A stretch of DNA of 64,000 bases, taken from NCBI RefSeq assembly GCF_018977255.1, contig NW_024704743.1:54996001-55060000 (forward strand), given 5' to 3'. Made by a program: the position numbers and the translations under genes. Positions 1-13,100 of the stretch are shown here, one piece after another. Position 1 is the stretch's first letter, and each line of letters begins with the position of its first letter. The notes under the pieces are model-generated. The model saw nothing but the letters and a program-made list of their open reading frames with translations, was not told the origin of the DNA and searched no databases. The stretch comes from Callorhinchus milii (Eukaryota).

Positions 1-749
1 GTTGTTGTTGTTGTTGCGAGGCAAGTGCTCTAACTATGAGCTACAGGATTCCACCAGATGGGGGGGAGATAGAGATGGGGGAAGCAAGATGGAGGGATCC
101 AGTGAGGAAGCTCCTGTGGTTGGAAATATAGAATTGGAAAGCTCAAGCGTGGAATGAGGAGCTGCTGGCTGATGTGGGCAGGGTTGTGGAGGGGAATGGG
201 AGGTGCAGCAGGCAAGTGGCATAGGAGAACAACAAAGACCTAGGGAGGTGCTAAGGTGTAAATACTTTTATAGGTGAGGGTGAGGACCTTGAAATGTTCT
301 TGACCTTGAAATTCTGCCTCAACAGTTTCATGAAAGAGAATGTGGCATCCCAACTAATCTTTCCCCTCACAAACAGCTGTGTGAAGCTCTTTGAGACATT
401 TCTCTTCAACCCCCCCCCCACCCCAACATGAAATGCACTATAGAAATATCAATTATTGTTTTGAAAAAAGAGATGGGACTCATATAATGGTCTGGATCTG
501 TTATTCCTAGTTTGGTTGTGAATTGGGAGAACATGCTGAGATGTTACATTCATTGAAGTCTGATCAATAACGTTCCTCTTCATCGATCTCTCTCTTTTGC
601 AAACATATGAACCACTCTTAAAAATAGGTGCAAAATTGATTTCATAATCCCCCAGTGTTCCCTGTTCAGGTGTGTGATAGATGGTAAAAATGTAAGCAGT
701 CAAATAACCTCAGGATACCCAAATAATGGGGCTATTATTTAAAATCCCT

Positions 750-1045
750 TCATACCCTCGCACCTCCTAACCTATCCAATCTGGTTACCCCCCACTCCAC
801 CACCTGCTGCCTCTGCTCAGCAGGCTCTGGCCTCCTATTTCTCCCTCGTCCCCTCCGCCCCACCATCAGTGGCTGTGCCTTCAGCCACTATGCCCCGAAA
901 CTGTCAATCCCACCACCTTGCCGCCTCCCTCCCCACTTTTAAATCCCGCCTAAAGATCTTCCTTTTTGATCGTGCTTTTGGTCATCTGCCCCCTCTGTCT
1001 CCCTCCTTATCAGACTCCACCAATGTTAAGCGCTCCGGGATGGTA
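750..1045 (+). mobile_element. L2 LINE 3' fragment
   Basis: FKSRLKIFLFDRAFG remnant and degenerate tail. Confidence 0.7.
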
Positions 1046-2333
1046 CTAATTTCCACAGACGATTGAGAAATGTTCGTTTAAATGCTGAAAGCTGCCAAAG
1101 TGTGGGAAGTAAAACTCAGACACTAAACTATGCCAGTTTTTCAGAAATCATTAAGCCTATTCGGACCAATGTAGTCCCAAGTGAGTACAAACTCCAATGA
1201 GTATTTTCCACCCCTCTTGGAAATATCAGAAATTGCAATTAGATACCTCATGCTATGTACATTTCCAAGGGGCTTGCAATTACCTTACTCAAGTGACTTC
1301 TTCATGTCTCAGCTCAGATAGTGACTGTGGCAATCTGTTGACCATAGGGGTCATCATAACAAGCAGTGGATCCTGTCCTCACCATAGGCCTGATGTTCTT
1401 CCGGTCTTAGCTTATAAAACTATTTTGTCTTAAAAGTTAAAACTGAGCACAATTGTGGAAATTTGTTAAATCCAATCAATTTAGAAGCTATTTATTTTTT
1501 AAGCAACAGTTTGCAATCTTATATTTTCAGACAGTATGGACTTATAGGTTAACATGAGTTTGGGAATTTGGGATCTCCAATGTACACACAACTGCATTCC
1601 CCAGAAAGGTGAGTGGGGTCGCTGAACAGTATTCAGTAGCAGGAACCCTGGCTGAGCTTCTACACCTCAACAGCCTAATGGTAGTGAAGTGAGGTCCAGT
1701 TATAAAAGTAAGGTTACATTTGCATCAATGGAAATGTTTCATATGAAGCAGAGACTTTATCAATTGTTCTGTGTGGACTGCATTTGCTAACTTTTGAAAT
1801 CCAACTCCTTTTTAACTACTGTTTCAAAATGTATACTGGTACATGTGATGGCAAGCTAGAATTATTGCATGCTTCTCAGTTTGGAAACTTGGCAAAGTAC
1901 CTTGGACTCAAAGCAATGCCTATTTATTTTGTTGTTTTGGAATGAGCGCATTTGAAACTGGATCCTGTTTAGTTTGAACAACAGTAGCATGAAAATGGTC
2001 AGTTACACTTACCAGTTTCTTTGATCTAAAGAAGTACATGCTCTTGCCAACCATTAGAAACAACATCTAAAGGCTGCTTCAAAAACATAGAAGAAATTAG
2101 ATGGGGAAGGGAAATGCGGGAAAGCCTGGACAAGATTTCCATTGATGTAATGGTGGCCATTACATCTGTATAACAGTTTAATTTTCAGTTACTTCCCAAT
2201 GTAGGTAAACAATGCACTTACAATCCAATACAATTTATATTTATGTAGTGCCTTTCAAGATGAGAGGATGTCTCAGAGAGCTTAACGCTGTTGATGGGTA
2301 CCTGAACTGGGGTAGAAACCTAAGGGCATGGTG

Positions 2334-2442
2334 AGGGAGGGAGCGAAGGAACAAGGGAGGGAGGGAGCTAGGGAGGGAGGGAGTGAGCGAGCGAGGGAGC
2401 AAGTGAGAGAGCAAGCGAGGGAGGGAGGGAGGGAGGGAGGGA
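2334..2442. repeat. (GGGA/GCGA)n purine-rich microsatellite
   Basis: Seen directly. Confidence 0.85.
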
Positions 2443-3784
2443 AATTCCAGGATATAGTTCCAGAGAATGAACAGATGTATTGCAAATCAAACCAGAAAGA
2501 GAGCATTACGATTTGCAAGAGAGGTTTGGGTGATGAAAGTCTCTTGATCCCTGTGATCTTATCATTTCAGAATATCAATATTAAGTCAAAGCCTTAATAA
2601 GTGGGGTAGGCCTAGCTGAACAAGGAGTGGGAAGCTAGCCAGATAATGCTGTCAACAGCAAACTATGTGGTTTTAGTTGGTTAAACCCCAGAAATATCCG
2701 AACCCATACTCTGGGATTCCCAAACTTGGCTTCTCACCAATCCACATCTAATACTCTCTTGAAATGGATAAGCAAGGTGCGGCCCTCCAGGGATGGGGTG
2801 TGCAGTGCGTTCCAGACACAAGGAAATTTGTTTATGTGGCGTATATTATATGGAAGCCTCAATATGGTTTGAATACTCTTAGGCATGTTGACTGGGTTTC
2901 CACATGTGTCAGACAACAACTGAACAAAAACAAATCATCAAGTATTTCCCAAGGCAAAAATTATGAAAGTTTCAGAAAAAAGATTCGGGCTCTGCATTGT
3001 GCTCTGAGATGCTACCCCACATACAGGGTGCTAAAGAATTGCAGGTTGTTGTTTTTGGAGGTGGTCAGGTTATTCATTTTAGTGAAATGTATTTTGAAGA
3101 AATTGCATCAATTAATGCAATATCTTCAAAATACACAAGATGTAACTTGAAGCAGTTACATTAACTGATGAGTTGTCATTATCTGCTTAGAATATCTACT
3201 TCTTCAAAATGGACATAAAAAACAGCATAAAAATGTGAAAACAACAATTTGTCTGGTTTCTCTTAACAAAGACAATTCAGAATTCTGTGGTTCCAGTGAT
3301 TTGTTGTTAAAATGGCAAATATACTATTCTAGATACATGGAAAAAATGAGTGGAAGATGAATTTAAAAATGTTTTGGTCAGCTGGATGTCTGACACATTG
3401 GGAAACCCATCACCATGATTCAGAGTATCCAATCCAAACTGAGAATTCCATGTATCTCATCTACACATGGAAATTCCAGAGATGTTTATTGGAATGGAAT
3501 GCGCGCTCTCTCCCTGGACGGAAGCATCCTGCTTACCTAATTCCGGAAAGTATTAGGTGTAGAGTGGCAAGAGCCAAGGCTTGGGGACTCCAGAGTGTGC
3601 GTTGGGTACTGCTGCAGTCTAACCAGCTAAAATTGCGTGACTTGCCATTGAGCGCACTGTCTGGCAAGATTTCTCGCTGCTTGTCCAGCTGGAACCACCC
3701 TACTTATTTGGGCTTTGGCATGCAGGGTTAGTGGGAGCTGAGTAGGAGGAGTCTGTGCCCCAGTGACTGGTCTGCTCCCTCCCT

Positions 3785-4534
3785 CCACCTCCCTCCACAA
3801 GCTGCAGGTCATTCAGAACTCTGCAGCTCGTGTACTGTCCCGCACCAGGCTTCGGGACCACATCACTCCCACCCTCGCTCTCCTCCACTAGCTCCCCATC
3901 CCCCAGAGGATTGATTTCAAGATCCTCATCCTCACCTACAAGGCCATCCACGGCCTTGCTCCCTCCTACCTCTCCGACCTACTATCCCCCTACCTACCTG
4001 CCCGTACCCTCCGTTCCTCCGGCTCCAGTCTGCTCCACGTCCCCCGCCCCAATCGCTCTACCATCGGTGGTCGGGCCTTCAGCCTCTCAGCCCCCAGGCT
4101 CTGGAACTCCATCCCCCAGTGCCTTCGCCTTGCTTCCTCCCTCTCCTCTTTCAAGGCCGGACTCAAGACCTTTCTCTTTGACTGTGCCTTCAGCTCCCCT
4201 CTCGACTCTCTTCCCCCTCCTTGCTCCCTCCTTTCCCTCCCCTCACCCTGACCATTTCCCCCCTCCTCGCTCCCTCCCCTCCCCTCACCCTGACCATTTC
4301 CCCCCTCCTCGCTCCCTCCCTTCCCTCCCCTCACCCTGACCATTTCCCCCTCCTCGCTCCCTCCCTTCCCTCCCCTCACCCTGACCATTTCCCCCCTCCT
4401 CGCTCCCTCCCTTCCCTCCCCTCACCCTGACCATTTCCCCCTGCTCGGGTCCTGACCCAACTGTGCAGCGCCTTGGGACGTCCTCCTGACGTGAAAGGCG
4501 CTTTATAAATGGAATCTTGTTGTTGTTGTTGTTG
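3785..4534 (+). mobile_element. L2 LINE 3' fragment with (TTG)n tail, inserted into an unclassified repeat
   Basis: Carries L2 ORF2 C-terminal remnants (KLQVIQNSAAR, HITP...RIDFKILILTYKA), the conserved tail gcgccttgggacgtcctcctgacgtgaaaggcgc, and a likely TSD tgctcc on both sides. Confidence 0.85.
4211..4441. repeat. ~45-bp C-rich minisatellite, about 5 copies
   Basis: TCACCCTGACCATTTCCCC recurs at 4243, 4285, 4331, 4376 and 4422. Confidence 0.95.
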
Positions 4535-7500
4535 CTCCTCCAAGTCCTGACGATGAGGCAGCCTGGCTGTGCTGTCATTAGCAATGTCCTGGAATACTGC
4601 AGAGCCGCCTGGCTCAGGAACTGTACTACTGAGACCCCCGTAGAGGGCTGGCTCAATTCTGACATTCCGTTGCTAAACATGTCTCCTTGGAGTCAGTTCA
4701 GCTCCAAGGAGACACAGCTTGTGCCAAAGTCTGACTTAATTTCAAATATATTCTCCTAATTAAAATCTATATCTTTTTAGCATTTTAAAAAGTAGCAATT
4801 AACATCACAATATTTATCAAACAGTTAAACAGTCACAGTGCAGCATTAACAAGAAGCTTTAATGCGACATTTGATAAAACGTGTGCAGTATTCATAGAGA
4901 CAGTGTCAAGTGGTGCCTGGAGGATCTGCCAGGGGAAAACGTCAGCACTGAACAGTGACTTGTAGATAAACCTGTCATTATATATATGGAGTTTGGGTTT
5001 GTATTTGGAAATTCAAAGGCTTATTCAAGCTTGGAGCAAGTGTTAGAGGGAACAGATGCTGTGAAACAAGTTGTTCTGGCATTATAAATAGATCTGTATA
5101 AGGATTGTGCTGGGGGTTTGGCCCTTATCTTCGTAGCATTCAAAGTTCAAGCTCAAATCATAGATACGAGAGGAACACAGTGTATCATGATCCAGTAATT
5201 ATTCCAGGCAATTGCCTTCTGTAACACGGTACTGGCATTTATTAACAATCAATACAGTACCAGTTTATGAGATGTTGAATGAGATGTACAATTAAAAAAG
5301 CCAAAGCATTTATTTATAGCTGCTTTGAACTAAAGGAAACACATTGCTGTATTTATTTCAAATATGAGTCTTCCTCCCACAAAAATGGAATTTGCACATC
5401 TTAATAAGTACCTCCACAACACTTGCAAGGCCTCTCTGCAATGTTGAGGTTGATCCAGTACAATTCTGCATTCCTTGGCTGACGAACATTTAAATTTCCT
5501 CCCATAACTGTATCATAAAGTGATTTGGCAAGTGCAAAAATGTGACCATTGTAGGTACCTCTCCATTAGCCCCAACCATTTGTTTTAACCCTATTTTCAG
5601 TTGTAATTCTATTAAATTATAATCAGTATCCTTGTATTTCATATAGTGTCTATAATATTGAAACACCTGAAAACACTTTTCAGGAAATTACTGATCTGTG
5701 TAAGTGATTATGCATTTCTAGATAAATATGGCAGCTGTTTTTTTTACACTGCTTGTTCCCACAAATAGCCATGAAGTGAATGAATAATTAAGCTGGAGGA
5801 TATATCCAGCCAGGATGTTGGGAGAAACTCATTTCTCTTTCAATAGTGTCATGAGATCTTTAACATTCACCTAAACAGTCAGACTTGAACTCACCTTCTG
5901 ACTCAAAGGCTAGCTACTAACTAAGACAAGGTGATATCTAATTTTATATTGAAAATGTTTGCAAAAAATACATCATGTTTAGCCATCCCTAAATCTTCAC
6001 AAACATGTTATCCCAGCAGTATAAAAAAACAGTGTGCCCTATTAACCATTCATTCATCTCAGTCTGCACCTAGCACTATATCCTCCCAATCTCTTCTCAA
6101 AAAAATGCATCCAATTATTTTTAAGAGAGTTTCAGATTGTAGAGCTGTGACAAGATGTATGAATGATTTGTACATTGGCACAGGGGATATGGGGGCAGGA
6201 ATATCAAAATAAACTATGCTATTAGGGTTTGGTTTAAACCGTGAAGAAAAATGATGATGAATATGAGAAGAAATATTGAAGTAAAATGTGTTGTTGGGAA
6301 AATGGCAGCAAAAATGGTATCTCACACTGGAAATAGTCCTTGGCTACAAGAAGTGCACCTGAAGCCAGTTCTATGATCACCATTGTGCCCAACATTGGAG
6401 CCACTGTTTCCCTGCAGCTTACTATACCATTTGAGCTGAGGCAGTATCCCATGAAGTGGCATTGAGTTGCTGCCAATTGGCATGAGCACTGTTGTGTTCA
6501 AATCTTCAGCTCTCAGCCATTGCACCAAAGTCAAACTTAAATTTCATCCATCCCACCTATAATTCCCATGTCTTAAAATGGAATACATCCTCTTTCCTTG
6601 AAGGATACTGGAAGATCCCCAGCGCTCATGGTGACGTACCCGTACAGTGGTAGAAAACTTTGGGAAAAATTCCACAGGGATCCAGAATTACTCTATTTAT
6701 GTAACAAATCAGAGCCTGCAGAATTTGACAAATTCTTAGAATAAACAAATCCAATTTTGATGCCAGGTTTCTTATAAGTTCTTGTAAGAACTACAAAAAA
6801 AGATTCCAAAGTTAAGATTGAATTCAACCATTTGCTAAGTATTGGATGCTGGAAGATGTTATATAAAGTCCAGACCAATTTCCCCCATAAATGCCTTCAG
6901 TAGAGAAATGGGAGATATTGGATTTGAGAGAATAAATTTAAAATTCGATATAACATTCCAAGATAACTCTCTGTAAGTTGTTCAATGGATTTAGACACAA
7001 TAATATTGTTGTTTCCTTTGGCACTTGGTTCCAACTGATGTAATGGTGGTATATTAAAAATAATAATAATCCTTGCAATTATATAATAATAATACTCCCT
7101 GCATTTGATATAGCACCTTATCACATCTTCAAAAACACTTCACAGAATATATTGTAAAATAAATTGACTGTATGTATTGTGGGCGAAACGTGTCAGCCAA
7201 TTGCGCACAGCACTGTCCCACAAGCAGTCATGGATTGAGTGATTTTTTTTAAAGTTTATTTCTGTAGTTATAGTGATACTATCTATGGTTCAGGATTATG
7301 GTACGTAAACAGGCAATGGTACTGAGAAGGCCTGCACTGCCAGACAGTAGATATTATATTGGTTTCCTACCGACTTCAAACTAAATTTGTGTAGGTTACC
7401 AACAAAGAGAGAGCGAAGGAAGGCAGGAAAGCCTACAGAAATAAAATAAAAATAAAAAAATATATAAAAATTGCAACAGGCAACATTGTACGAATATTCA

Positions 7501-7839
7501 CTACTTAGAAAGGTTTGAACACTTATGAATTTTACAAAGTCAAAGGCTGAACCTATTATATTATGTGTTGAATATCATTTCTGCAGCACCAATGCCAGAA
7601 TTACATCACTTTACCAATTGTGACAGAAAGGTATAGTCAGCTTCGTATATGAATACAGTCACTTACCTGCATTTCAACAACAAATTTAGTATTCAGTAGG
7701 AATACCTGGGCAACTACTCATCGTGTTGTGAAAAGTCAAACGTTAGTTAGGCTATCTCCTAACTTTAACTCCACCATCACTTTCTGAAGACTACAGTGCT
7801 TTTCTAAAGAGTTAGCAAGTATAATCTAATAGCAGTAAT

Positions 7840-8195
7840 AATAATAATAATCTTTGCATTTGTATAGCACCCTTCAAATAATAGGGAGGATGCCTTAAAG
7901 TGCTTCATAAGATAAAATGGAGTGACTGTATGTTGTAGGTGAACATGGCAGTCAATTTGCTCAGTATTGTTCCACATACAACTGTGAACTTAGTGAGCAA
8001 TTTTATCTGTAGGATTCGTGGCCAAGACACCTGGAGAAACTCCCTCCTCTGTTTGCATATTGCCATACAATCTTTACTATCCACCTGAACAGGCAGACGA
8101 GACCCCAGTTTAACATTTCATCTGAAGAACTCCACCGCCAACAGTGCAGCATACCCCCAGCACTGCAATGGAGTGTCATCTTAGACAATATGAGT
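7840..8195 (-). mobile_element. Deu-domain SINE (partial)
   Basis: Deu core ccacctgaacaggcagacgagaccccagtttaacatttcatctgaa and tail. Confidence 0.75.
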
Positions 8196-8794
8196 TCCTG
8201 ACATGTTAGTATGTTAGTGCAGTAGAGTTTGTGATACAGTGAATTATATATGTCAATGCAGGGAGCAGCCTGATGGATCAAATGGCCTTTTCTAAAACCA
8301 TGTTTTCTTATGTTTTTTCTGGCAATGATGCCCAGCGGTGCTGATACCCAAACCTATTTTACAATGTAAGTTGGATGAGTTTCAGCAGTCCTTTTGCAGG
8401 GCCACTAGATGGGGTGTTTTGCATAAAAACTTGATATGTCATCTGCTTTGTGACACAAAATTGTGTTTTCCTGGCAACAAATGCACAGAGGAGCTCTGCC
8501 TTCAGATGTGGGGATGGGATGGTGCAAAAGAGAATTTGTGAGGCAAACGAACAAATAGAAGAGAACATAATAAAAATATACAATAAAAGCTCATTCTCTT
8601 GGGAACAGTTTTAAAAAGCCGAAGTCTTGACATGTTTAATTTTCCTTTCAACTATTCATTTTAATTTAATGTTTGAATAGTCTTTCAACTATTAAAGCTT
8701 ACAATTAATAGTTTCACAAGAAGTTTCTCCCATTCCTGGACAAACAAAGTAAAGCAGCTATTCATTTTTTTAGTTGACTCAGTTTCCTGAATTA

Positions 8795-9215
8795 TTAATA
8801 CTTGATATCATGCCTTTCAAGTCAGGAGAACATCTCAAAGCACTTCACAGATGTACTGAACAGTACATTGATTGTGTATATTGCAGGCAAATGCCCCAGC
8901 AGATTCATGCACAACAATGTCCCACAAATAATCATGAAATGAACGACCAATTTATTTGGGGAATTCTTGGCCAGGACACTGGGAAAGACTCCCTTCTCCT
9001 TTTGAATAGTGCTATAGGATCTTTAATGTCCATTTGAACACACAAATAGGATTTTGGTTTAACGTCTCATCCAAAGAATGGTACTTCCAATAATAGCCCC
9101 AGCTCTGCATTGGGCTATCAGCCTGGATCATAGCAGTTCAAATTCCCAATGTGTGGCTTGACCCACAACTTTCTGACTCAAAGGCGAAAGTGCTAGCACC
9201 TAAGCCAGACTTAGT
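8795..9215 (-). mobile_element. Deu-domain SINE
   Basis: Head, Deu core and tail are all recognisable but diverged. Confidence 0.75.
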
Positions 9216-12200
9216 TGATGATTGTCCTGATATGCTGGGATCCACTTGGTGTCAAATTCAAAGGCACCAGTGGGTGGCTTAGTGGTTGCAACAGGAGGTT
9301 TCAAGTGCAACCCATTGAACAAAGTTGGGGACAGGGGGGAGGAAGGAGGTCAGCAACTGGGACATCTCCAGCAGTCAATGCCCAGGATATGATAATCACC
9401 ACTGGTTGATAACTATCACATCGTAAACCACAATTTTACCTCCATTATTTTCTACTCAACTGTGCCTCAGTGGAGAAAAATCAACACATGATCAGCAGTG
9501 AAAGATGTAATGTATCAGTGGCATGGGATATTCATGTGTTAAGAAAATAGATTTTTCAACTTTTAATACAAAGGCCAGTTGACGGTTTCCAAACACCAAT
9601 TAAAGCATTTAACTAGTGCAGGATGCCAGGATAGAAATAATTTTCCATTATGTTTGTGGTTTTCCATGAGGGTATTAATCACAGTCTGGGGTAAATGGAA
9701 ACTCTTAACTCTGTTTTGCATGCGCGCTGAAATTTCGGCAATGTGAATCATTAATTGTTTGAGATGGTTTTCGCATCTAGAATTACATTCATTGTTTTAT
9801 CAAAGGAGGAGGACACAAGAATCCAGTGATAGGGGGATCTCTGCATGACACCATCTCTGTGGCAGAGGGTCAATAGGCCCAAATTCTAGAAAGTGAAACC
9901 CACTGTCAGCAATGGATGAGGCTTTCCCTGTCAGGCAGTTAGAGAACCGCACTATAACATTGCAGGATTCAAGTTTGTCTTCCATGGTCCAATCTATTCT
10001 GAAAGAAGCCTGTGGCAAAGAAGTTTGAAGCAGCCTTTTCAGTAGTTACATGCAGCTAAGATCAATATAATTACTGGCAACATTGATCATCCTGTGCTAG
10101 TGTTTTTCTGGCTGCTCATATCTGAACTAACCTCTTAAAATAGTATTATAGTAACATAACCATAGATAGATCCAAGCAGTGGCATTTTATACTGATGCTC
10201 TCTTTATACCCTTATGTTTAGCATACCACATGATTAGAATCCCCCCAAAGTGAGCTAAATAACTATGGGATGGAACAAGATTGAAGGAGGACAAAATGAA
10301 ACATCAGTCTTACTGATCCTTTCTTCCCTTGGAATACATAATAGATCAGATGAATGAAATTCCACTTGCTTTTAGCTTGCAGACCATTTGCCTTAACATT
10401 TAATATAGTAAAGAATTTTAGAATGTTCTTAATTCAGTCTTAACTTGGAAAGTAGATTCTTTATATGAGCTGTGGAAAAACGGCTTCCAAATTAGTACTG
10501 AACTTAACACTTTTTGATCCAATTCTGTGGGATCTTGATTTGTAAGCCAAAAAAGGTTCTTATAAGCTAAGGCTAGATGGAAGTTGGGCCTCTTAGCCCT
10601 TTTGAGGGTTGAAGCCAAAAAGATAAAACATCAGTACTAGAATGTTTGCCAGATGAAATTATTACTGTTCTCAATTAGCCCTATCAAGTGCAGACATGTA
10701 GAATGCTAGCCTCCGGATGTGGCCTGTAGTTTTTGCAATATGACAAATAACTTTCCCCGTTTCTTTTTTCTTTCTCATTCTGTGCATGCTGTTGCACCCC
10801 TTGCCAAGGAACCCAACCTTACAATTACACTTTACTTTGGTTAAAATAACCTAAGTAGAATTAGTTGTAACGATTTAATTGAGGGCCAACCATTGGCAAT
10901 TTATGTTTATGTCAACTTTAACTTCAACTTTCAAATAAATAATAAAAAGAACATGAACAGTTTATGAGTCACTCTTTGTACTTCCACAATGACCAACATT
11001 TTTGAAGTGGTTACCCAAGTTGTGGAAGCTGTGGATTTTTTAAATAAAAAGCAACTGTCTTTGCAATTCTCAATTTAGCCATCTTGTAATTTCTGATCAC
11101 TGTCTCTCTGACTCACTGTAACCTTTAACAGTCCCAGATTTACAACCCAATAGATTCAGGCTGAATGGGTCGAGAAATACTACAAATTATACCCCCAATG
11201 TTTCTTGCTCCTGCAAAGTGTCAAATTGTTAAATGCCCTAAGAAAATTATCATTGAAATCTGTTTGATAAAACTTAAGAGTTTCCAAGGTTTAGCTTTCC
11301 ACCCTGATTTTTGTCAACTGTAAGGTTCAGTTGCAGTATTTGTATTACTGGAAATTTGAAGGGAAATAGGTGCTATGTTTAGAACATTTTTCAGTGCAAG
11401 AGGGCATTTTTTCAATATTAAAAAAGGTTTTATTATTTTATAACAAGTGTGGATACTTACAAATTGGAACTGAATGGGAAACACATCCCTACAGGCAGGA
11501 TACAGTGACAAATTACCATTGCCTTCTGATCAATTAAAAACAAGGACAACAAACAAGCATCTGGTATTTGTTACGTCCAATCTTTTGTTTTGAAGCCAGA
11601 TTTCTACATTTTTCTTTTACAGAAATGGGCTTCAAAATTATAACTGAATTCAACAAAGTTGCCAAATTCTTCACACTCTAAAATGCTGCGTTAATGGAGT
11701 AGATCTAGACCGAGGTGGAATTTAACCATAAGTGCAAATTGAATTAGCGGGCAGGTTTTAAATGGATTGTTTGGATTTGTATTGCAGTACCTAGTGAGAG
11801 AAGCCAGTGCCATCAGTTGCCTGTAACCATCAGTGGAGGCCTGGTTGTTTGTTACGAGGAGGCTGACACTACTATAATTAACTGATTTTTGAAGAAGCTA
11901 ATTTGCCCCATGCGAATTGGATGTTCGATTCTAGTTCACAGCAAATAATAATTTGGTCGCTTAATCCATGGGTGTTCGTAGGACACTTACACAATTGGCT
12001 GCTGTGTTTCGCCCACAAAATGCACAGTCAACCCATTTTACAGTATATTCTGTGAAGCGCTTACCACTCAATGAGTGGTAAGGCACTTTATCAAATGCAA
12101 GGATTATTATTATTATTACAAAAAGTAATTCTGAGGAAGAAGTAAACCTCCGGTGACAACCCCATTTGTGTGGTGCAAACCAAGCTAGACAGTGGTTACT

Positions 12201-12619
12201 GACATAACGTTATAGTCTGATGCAGAATGGTAAAACTCTAAATTACTGCATATTTTTTGGCAACCTGAATGAGGAAGATAAATACCCAAACTCGTGGTTT
12301 GTGGCTTATTATGTCATGTCTTGACTTTATCAGTATTGCCCAGTTTTAGTAAAAATATTTTAATATTCCATTAATATACATTGGATAAATATTTAACTTC
12401 TGTTGGCTTTCCTGGTGTCATTAAATCTTAGTAAAGATTTTTATAATGATGAACTATTTAAATTGCTTATTATAAATCATTGCAGCATCTCTGGCCAGCG
12501 CCTTGGGACATCCTCCCAACATGAAAGGCGCTATATAAATGCAATTTGTTGATTTGGTTGTTGATGACCAAATGTAGATATCATCCCTTGGTCTACAATA
12601 CAATCCAATAACAACAAAA

Positions 12620-13100
12620 ACAAAATTACATTTGTATAGTGCCTTTCACATTGGGAGGACGTCCCAAGGTACTGGACAATCAGTGTTTTGGACTTGAGCT
12701 GGGGGTCAGGATCGGGGAGGGTGGAGGACAAGGTGGGAAAGGAGGGTGATCAAAGGCACGGTCAAAGGAGAGGGTCTTGAGACAAGTCTTGAAGGAGGCA
12801 AGGGAGGGGGCAAGGTGGAGGGACTGCGGGATGGAGTTCCAGAAGGTGGGGGCAGAGTGGCTGAAGGCCTGCCCACCAAAGGTGGGACGGGCGAAGTGGA
12901 GGACATGAAGCAGGCTGAAGCCCACTGAGTGGAGGGAGTGAGCACGTTGGTAGGGGGTTAGAAAGTCACAGAGGTAGGGGGGGAGCAAGGCCATTGAAGG
13001 TGAGGACCAGGATCTTCTGTATCCTCTGTGTGATGGGAAGCCAGTGGAGTCGGATGAGGATGGAGGAGACAGGGTCACGGATAGGGTCCAGAACACCAAA
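12620..13100 (-). mobile_element. L2 LINE 3' fragment
   Basis: AFSHSAPTFWNSIP...FKTCLKT...FDRAF remnant plus the conserved L2 tail. Confidence 0.85.

Larger units (their letters stand above)
3372..4714 (+). repeat. Unclassified ~600-bp dispersed repeat, copy 1 (split by the L2 at 3785-4534)
   Basis: Homologous by eye to 38255-38775(+), 35870-36345(-), 26159-26470(-), 55893-56386(+) and 59170-59348(-). Confidence 0.8.

Noticed and set aside
3357..3731. 124-aa ORF resembling the 38252-38473 ORF
   Set aside because: The similarity comes from the unclassified repeat. The frame is not preserved across copies and I recognise no protein motif.
4211..4441. CRISPR-like regular repeats
   Set aside because: Units are contiguous tandem copies without unique spacers, there are no cas genes, and the context is vertebrate.
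3830..4680. Pro/Ser-rich and Gly/Glu-rich ORFs of 130-170 aa
   Set aside because: They are off-frame translations of the L2 3' end and the minisatellite.
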